Shown here: piece after piece, positions 39,841-45,502 of the stretch
Layout of the letters: each line of letters begins with the position of its first letter
How positions within the stretch are numbered: the stretch's first letter is position 1
Assembly: GCA_009103225.1 (NCBI GenBank)
Contig: RHPI01000008.1
Location: forward strand, 190,911 to 236,412
Source: Chlorokybus atmophyticus
Taxonomy: Eukaryota > Plantae > Mesostigma and Chlorokybus algae
DNA length: 45,502 nucleotides
Reading direction: 5' to 3'
Notes under the pieces: generated by a model
Databases searched by the model: none
Told to the model about the DNA's origin: nothing
What the model saw: only the letters and a program-made list of their open reading frames with translations
Position numbers and translations under genes: made by a program

Positions 39841-40970
39841 TGTCGTGCCTGTCATGGTCGAGGGCAACCTTGTCTCGGACAGGCTGCAGAGGAGTGCTAG
39901 TGCTGCACGCATGCTAGTGCCGGGCACTGCATTGGAGTCATGCAAGCAAAAGACAACCCCCCACTCGTGGGCATAGGCTTGAAGATGAGCCTACGCGGTG
40001 TTTAGTGCAGTGGACGAGCCGATGTTGCTCGCCACCTTTGTGTACAGACTGTGTCGTAGTGCACACAGTCAACAAGCCACTACGATAGGTAGTGCTGTGG
40101 ACACAGTTCTTTGCATGAGTGGATAGAATGATACACTGTTAAGTGAGGTGAATGAGTGTGCAACACGTGGATACAACACCCTGACTACTGAAACAACACA
40201 CCACCGTCAAGCTCACAGCAATGGCAGGCACAGCGCACAAGAGCATGCACCGTGTCTCACGCAGTAAGGGAATTCTTGGCAACCGGGGCAGCGTGCTTCC
40301 AGTTCAAGTCGCTTCACAAGCTCTTTAGAAGCAGAGTCTTTACTTCTTAGTACTCCTAGTACTCACAGTACTCACTTACAGTGTCACCAGCCAGTCTGGT
40401 GACGTGACTTCCTACTTATACATGTCAAATCATGACTGTGCAGTGCCACGCGGGCACTAGGCCAACGGTCACATCGAGGCCTCATGCTATTTCGGAAATC
40501 TCCTAAGACTTGATATAGCACATGTGTTCTTAACAGACTTGCAACTGATCAGCTACGCGCGGTCCCTACAGACAGGTCTATAAAGTAGCCCTAGCTACAT
40601 GCTACATGAGTGATACAGTAGCTAGCAGTAGGCTGGGGCTCGCGCGGTCTTCATGCTGGTAGCCCGGGCGTGGGGCTGGGTGTAGGCATGCTTGAGAAGA
40701 ACTGGCATGCGAGGGTAGATGGCATGACAGCTGTCGTGCCTGTCATGGTCGAGGGCAACCTTGTCTCGGACAGGCTGCAGAGGAGTGCTAGTGCTGCACG
40801 CATGCTAGTGCCGTGCACTGCATTGGAGTCATGCAAGCAAAAGACAACCCCCCAATCGTGGGCATAGGCTTGAAGATGAGCCTACGCGGTGTTTAGTGCA
40901 GTGGACGAGCCGATGTTGCTCGCCACCTTTGTGTACAGACTGTGTCGTAGTGCACACAGTCAACAAGCCA
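39841..40970 (-). repeat. 3' LTR of element C (1130 bp) with 239-bp direct repeats at both ends (39841-40079, 40732-40970)
   Basis: On the minus strand it begins TGGCTTG right after the PPT and ends CGACA. The two 239-bp copies differ at only a few positions. Confidence 0.75.
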
Positions 40971-41016
40971 CCCCCCCTGAGATTCTGGGGTAGCCCTCTG
41001 CTCCAGAACTCAGTTC

Positions 41017-43953
41017 CTACCGACTGTGTGGGGGACCGTTGATGCGGCAGTCATCGCACCAGTACTCCCACAAGGGTACTGCGTCCAGTGGAGGGTCAAG
41101 GCAGTAGCAGTGCATGCCTTGATTACAGCCATCGCATAACATCATCAATGGGTCGTCGTCGGCGCTGCCACACTTCTCGCATCGGGTGCTGCGCAGCGGA
41201 CGCGGGTGCTGGATCTGGGTGAAGCCAGCAATGTAGGGGAGATGACAGGGCGCACAGTTGACCATGTTGTCCTTCATGCGCTCGCCTCGTTGTCCCAACA
41301 GGTCCAGTACCCCTGTGGGGTGCACCTTCAATACCTTGTAAACAGCACGCCCGACGGAGGTATCGAGGGTGTCGCGTGTGGACGCCATACGGTAGACGAA
41401 GTCTCCTGACTCGAAGCGGCGCTCCCGCTCCTTGTAGAAACCACTGCGCACACGCTCGTAACGCAGCGTGTCGCGGTGCTGCGCGATGCGCAGGTTGTTG
41501 AAGGCCATGGGGACTGTGTGTTCGAACAGCGCACTGCGCACTGTCAGATCATACAACATCTCGTCGGGGTTATCGAGATTGTCCACCACTCTGTCGACCT
41601 CCTGCTGTGCGCGGAAAGGGAGCAATGGCTGCCTTCCGAACAGTAGATAGTATGGGCTGTACTCTCGCAGGGCTGCCTGCTTGGACAGCCGGTAGCCCAT
41701 TGCTACCCATGGGAGGTGATCATCCCAGGTATTCTTCTCGTAGGCGAGGACGTACTTGCGCAGTGCCTTCTTGATGGTCTGCACGGTACGCTCGGCGAGG
41801 CCGTCGGCCTGCGGGTGGTCGCGTGAGGTGCGACGGTGGTCGATGAAGCATCTGTCGATAAGCTTGTCGAAGGCTCCTCTGAACTCCGTACCCTGGTCGG
41901 TGATGACTTCAGCGCAGCTGCCGAAGCGTCCGAGTACATGGGAGAGGAAAGCCTGGGCTACTCCCTCACTGCTCTTGTCGGGCAGGGGCACCAGCTCCAC
42001 CCACTTGGAGAAGTGCTCGATCATGACGAGGATGTAGCGGTTGCCTCGCGCTGAGGGCGCTAGGTCTCCGAGGATGTCCAGTCCCCAGCGGTAGAACAAC
42101 CCGGAAATGGGAAGGGGATGCAAGGTGGCATTGCGCGTGTTGAGGCTGGCGCGAACCATGTCACACTGCTGACAGTTGCTGACGAACTCCCGCACCTGTC
42201 TGTGCACCCCATACCACCAGTACTGGGTCCTGACCAGGCTGACCGTGCGCTTGACACCGAAGTGCCCGAGCTCGGTGTGAAGGGAGGAGATGATGCCTTC
42301 ACGTGCAGCTGGTGTGGGGACCTCCTGATCTGCATCTTGTATCCGTCGATACAGCCTGTCGTTGGCCCAGCGGTAACGCTGAGTGCGTTGCCGGACGCGG
42401 TCCTTCTCGCGTGCGCTCATGCCTGCTGGAAGTTGTCCAGTCTGAAGCAGTGCGAGCGATGGCTCGTCCAGCCAGATGTCTTGTCGTGTGTCGGTGGGTG
42501 CCAGCTCCTCGTCATCCACCTCAGGGTCGGCAGCGATTGCTTCTTCTGATAAAGGATCGGTGGTGGTGATGGCGGGCTCGAGAGCGGGCATGTCCCCGTC
42601 TGCTGCTGCCTCAGCGATCTGAGTCCTGCGTCCTGAGCGTAGCGCAGCGACAGCGAACATGGTGGCCACACCTGAAGGTGCAGCTGTAGGACCCAACTCA
42701 TGTCGGGCGCCTGTGGCGTCGTTGGTGCTGAGGTGGGGGTTACGGCTGAGGCCATCCGCATCCTGGTTGGCAAGGCCTGCGCGGTGTTCCACCTCGAAGT
42801 CGTACTCCTGGAGCAGCAGCGCCCATCGTGCTAACTTTCCTGTCAAGTGCTGGTTGTTCATTAGCCACTTGAGGGGTTGATGGTCAGTGACCAGTTGGAA
42901 CTGCCGTCCAAACAAAAAGGGTCGGAAGAAGGAGATGGCCCACACTGCGGCGAGGCACTCCCCTTCGTAGCTGCTGTAGTTGGCCTCAGCACTGTTGTTG
43001 CTGCGGCTGGCGTACGACACTACGCGCTCCTTCTTGTTGGTGTCATGCTGTACGAGCACGGCCCCCATGCCGAGCTTGCTCCAGTCTGTGTGCAGGATGA
43101 ACGACCTGGTGTAGTCAGGGCGTTGCAGAATGGGAGCTGTGGTGAGGCGGAGCTTCAGTTCCTGAAAGGCCTCCTGTTGTGCCTCCTTCCACACGAACTC
43201 GGTGTCCTTCTTCAGTAGTTCGTTGAGAGGCCTTGCGATCTTGGCAAAGTCTTTGACAAACCGTCGGTAATAGTTGGCAAGGCCGAGGAAGGCCCGCAGC
43301 CGCGTGAGGTCTGTGGGGGCAGGGATAGCCACCAGTGCTTCCACTTTGGCCTGCTGTACGTACACACCATGGGGCACAATCATATGTCCTAGGTAGGGTA
43401 CCTTGTGGGTGAAGAAGGTGCACTTGTCAGGGTGCACCGTCATCCCGACTTCCTTCAGCCTCTGTAGCACCTCTTCGATGTGCTGGAGATGCTCCTCATT
43501 GCTGTGACTGAAGATGAGGATGTCGTCGATGTAGCAGCGCGCGAAGTCCAACCCCTTGAGGGCTTTGTCCATGACGCGCTGGAACTTGGCCGGAGCGTTC
43601 TTCAGTCCGAAGGGCATGACCTTCCACTGGTACAGCTGCCTGTTTCCCCAGAAGGAAGTCTTGCGCTTGTCCTCCTCCTTAATGGCGATCTGGTTGTACC
43701 CTTGGCGCATATCCAGGATACTATAGACCGTGCAGTCTCCTACATCGTCAAAGATGCCTTCTGCGGTAGGCATCGGATACCTGTCCTGCTTGGTCTTGTT
43801 GTTGAGGGGGCGATAGTCGCCACACATGCGCCGGTCTGTCCAGTTGCCTGCTGAATCTTTCTTCAGGGGCATGACGGTCGCGGCCGCAAAGTCCGATGTG
43901 AACTCCTCGATCAGGCCTGCATCTAGCAGCGCCTTGCACCTCCGTTCCACCAA
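41017..43953 (-). CDS. pol: Pol of element C: RT, RNase H, integrase and C-terminal PHD finger (978 aa, open)
   Basis: RRMCGDYRPLN; YIDD; LHTDWS; LARWALLLQ; HTELGHFG...CQQC; WGLDILG, TDQGTEF and AERTVQ (DDE); PHD CEKC...LCDGC...HCYC...WCDDC. Confidence 0.95.
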   Translation of the reverse strand: MVERRCKALLDAGLIEEFTSDFAAATVMPLKKDSAGNWTDRRMCGDYRPLNNKTKQDRYPMPTAEGIFDDVGDCTVYSILDMRQGYNQIAIKEEDKRKTSFWGNRQLYQWKVMPFGLKNAPAKFQRVMDKALKGLDFARCYIDDILIFSHSNEEHLQHIEEVLQRLKEVGMTVHPDKCTFFTHKVPYLGHMIVPHGVYVQQAKVEALVAIPAPTDLTRLRAFLGLANYYRRFVKDFAKIARPLNELLKKDTEFVWKEAQQEAFQELKLRLTTAPILQRPDYTRSFILHTDWSKLGMGAVLVQHDTNKKERVVSYASRSNNSAEANYSSYEGECLAAVWAISFFRPFLFGRQFQLVTDHQPLKWLMNNQHLTGKLARWALLLQEYDFEVEHRAGLANQDADGLSRNPHLSTNDATGARHELGPTAAPSGVATMFAVAALRSGRRTQIAEAAADGDMPALEPAITTTDPLSEEAIAADPEVDDEELAPTDTRQDIWLDEPSLALLQTGQLPAGMSAREKDRVRQRTQRYRWANDRLYRRIQDADQEVPTPAAREGIISSLHTELGHFGVKRTVSLVRTQYWWYGVHRQVREFVSNCQQCDMVRASLNTRNATLHPLPISGLFYRWGLDILGDLAPSARGNRYILVMIEHFSKWVELVPLPDKSSEGVAQAFLSHVLGRFGSCAEVITDQGTEFRGAFDKLIDRCFIDHRRTSRDHPQADGLAERTVQTIKKALRKYVLAYEKNTWDDHLPWVAMGYRLSKQAALREYSPYYLLFGRQPLLPFRAQQEVDRVVDNLDNPDEMLYDLTVRSALFEHTVPMAFNNLRIAQHRDTLRYERVRSGFYKERERRFESGDFVYRMASTRDTLDTSVGRAVYKVLKVHPTGVLDLLGQRGERMKDNMVNCAPCHLPYIAGFTQIQHPRPLRSTRCEKCGSADDDPLMMLCDGCNQGMHCYCLDPPLDAVPLWEYWCDDCRINGPPHSR

Positions 43954-43961
43954 GTCTTCTT

Positions 43962-45502
43962 CTAGCTTGGAGAGGCGGTACTGTCTTCTGACACCGGTTC
44001 GGTGTCCACTAGTTCAATGTCCATCTGGTATGCTGAGCAGATGCCCAGCTCCTTCACACTGAAACTGAATTGGCTCCTCCACTTGTTGAGGAGAGCATCG
44101 AGTTGCTCTCGAGTCTGGCCTGTGGCCAGCGGTCCAATGGCGTGGGACCATGAGGTAGCGTTGGCGACCACTGGAATGTCTTCCACAGTAACTGCTGCCT
44201 GCTCCTCCATGTGGGCGGTCTCGAGGGCGGTGTGTGCTGCTTTGGTCTCTGAAAAGCGAGCAATCCACCCCCCAGCCAGGTGTTCGAGCTCCGAGAAGGA
44301 CACATGGCGATCCTGGAGAGCAAAGCACATTTCCAAGTACCAAACCATGCTGTTCTGATCCATGGCGCGCCCCAACAACTGACATTGTTGACTGGTTGTC
44401 AGCGTGGAGCCTGTGATGCTGCTTGGAAAGAATCCCATAGCACGCTCGCGCTCGCGGGCATTGGGTTCTTCCAGCTGTCCAGTGTTGGAGTCCAACACCA
44501 TGCCGTCGCCTGCATTGCGGAACGCGTAGGAGCCTGGATAGGATACTAGTGTGGGTAGCGCGCGGCGCGGCTGACCAGGCTGGTTGCACTGGTAGAAGTG
44601 GTGGTGGTCAAGGCGTGTGACTGGTTGCGCTGTGCGTCCAGGGTCTAGGATGTCATCGACGACGAGATTTCGTGGCCAATTGCTGTATAGGTACTCTGCC
44701 AGAAACAGGTCTTCCACAATGGCCAGGTTGGTCCATTTGGCGCGGACGCGGTGTGCACGAGATCCATGACGCGCGGCGTTGATTTTGAGAGGATGCCCCA
44801 GCAAGGAGCATACTTGCCGATAGGCCTTGGCGACGTGGTGCCGCTTGTCATCCTCGGAGTGCACATTCTCGATGATGTACCCCAAGGGCCTAGCGATCTG
44901 ACTGATCTGTAGGAGTTTGATGACTCGCATTAGCTCCCAGAACAGCTGTGAGCGAGGATCCGAGAGCCCTTGGCCTCTGCCTGCCCTGGAGTGCCCTTGA
45001 CACTCCCACCCTGCTATCAGCAGGTCAATGTTGCCGACTGCCTGCAGGTGATCCTTGGTAATCCAGCGGATGTCCTGCGGTAGAGCCTTCTGGCTCCCTT
45101 GCAGTGCCGACAGCGGTAGCTGCTGCGGGTAGCGCTGGTGCAGCTGTCGTAAATGATGGCTCAGAGCCTCCTGTGCATGAGGGTCAGGGTCACAGTAGAG
45201 GTACTTGGTGACTGTTGTTCCTGTGTTGAGGACAGCCGCAAGCCCACTGCCTATGCCTCCGAACAGCTCCAGCACGGTGATGCCTTGTTGTCGGCGGAAC
45301 ATGTGGAACTCCACAACTCCCGTAGCTATGTGGTACTGCTCCTGCACTGTAGCCTGGTCTTTGTAGGCAGGGAAGTGTGCAGTGAGCTGAGGCCTGGTCA
45401 GCAGCATGTGTGCTGCTACTTGTGCGCTCCAGCGACGCTCGGATGGCTCCTGAAAGGCCACTTCTTTGGTGACAGTCTCCTGAGACTCATCGTACGGTGT
45501 AG
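43962..45502 (-). CDS. C5-cytosine DNA methyltransferase domain in the element C polyprotein (reading frame stays open to the window end)
   Basis: Motif I VLELFGGIG; IV IAGWECQGHS; VI YIIENV; VIII AHRVR; TRD LPTLVS; IX ERERAMGF; X LLGRAMD. The upstream codons TPYDESQETVTKEV contain no stop. Confidence 0.92.
   Translation of the reverse strand, partial: TPYDESQETVTKEVAFQEPSERRWSAQVAAHMLLTRPQLTAHFPAYKDQATVQEQYHIATGVVEFHMFRRQQGITVLELFGGIGSGLAAVLNTGTTVTKYLYCDPDPHAQEALSHHLRQLHQRYPQQLPLSALQGSQKALPQDIRWITKDHLQAVGNIDLLIAGWECQGHSRAGRGQGLSDPRSQLFWELMRVIKLLQISQIARPLGYIIENVHSEDDKRHHVAKAYRQVCSLLGHPLKINAARHGSRAHRVRAKWTNLAIVEDLFLAEYLYSNWPRNLVVDDILDPGRTAQPVTRLDHHHFYQCNQPGQPRRALPTLVSYPGSYAFRNAGDGMVLDSNTGQLEEPNARERERAMGFFPSSITGSTLTTSQQCQLLGRAMDQNSMVWYLEMCFALQDRHVSFSELEHLAGGWIARFSETKAAHTALETAHMEEQAAVTVEDIPVVANATSWSHAIGPLATGQTREQLDALLNKWRSQFSFSVKELGICSAYQMDIELVDTEPVSEDSTASPS

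Larger units (their letters stand above)
39841..45502 (-). mobile_element. Ty3/Gypsy element C carrying a C5 DNA methyltransferase and a PHD finger; 5' part lies beyond the window
   Basis: MTase-RT-RH-INT-PHD coding region, PPT AGGGGGGG at 40971-40978, and a 3' LTR with TG...CA ends. Confidence 0.93.

Noticed and set aside
39841-40970. Independent TRIM element formed by the two 239-bp repeats
   Set aside because: No PBS or PPT inside the spacer, and the right copy is directly preceded by element C's PPT. Kept as an LTR oddity instead.
43962-43995. Programmed -1 ribosomal frameshift between MTase and RT
   Set aside because: No XXXYYYZ slippery heptamer in the overlap; a 1-nt deletion explains it more simply.
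41206-44416. Plus-strand ORFs antisense to the pol and MTase of element C
   Set aside because: Shadow ORFs expected opposite GC-rich coding sequence; no motifs.

Overview
Intron-rich eukaryotic DNA from a green alga. A streptophyte alga is most likely (inference from a land-plant-like DUF829 protein, an LTO1-like exon and AAACCCTA telo-boxes). The left half (1-22.2 kb) holds spliced host genes: the 3' part of a DUF829/TMEM53 gene ending in SRL, two paralogous type-I membrane proteins sharing an unassigned Cys-rich N-terminal domain and SEA-like repeats, and a leishmanolysin (M8) protease between them. The right half (22.7-45.5 kb) is a transposon nest: two RLE-type non-LTR fragments, an orphan LTO1 last exon, an intron-containing hAT transposon, and three Ty3/Gypsy elements (A, B, C). 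Element C is nearly intact and encodes a C5-cytosine DNA methyltransferase upstream of RT plus a PHD finger on the integrase. Element B is a chromovirus that appears to carry a degenerate Dam/N6-adenine-MTase-like segment between gag and protease. All assignments come from motif recognition by eye; no searches were run. There are two long N gaps (8516-8738, 16041-16378) and single Ns at 4507, 11177 and 23541.
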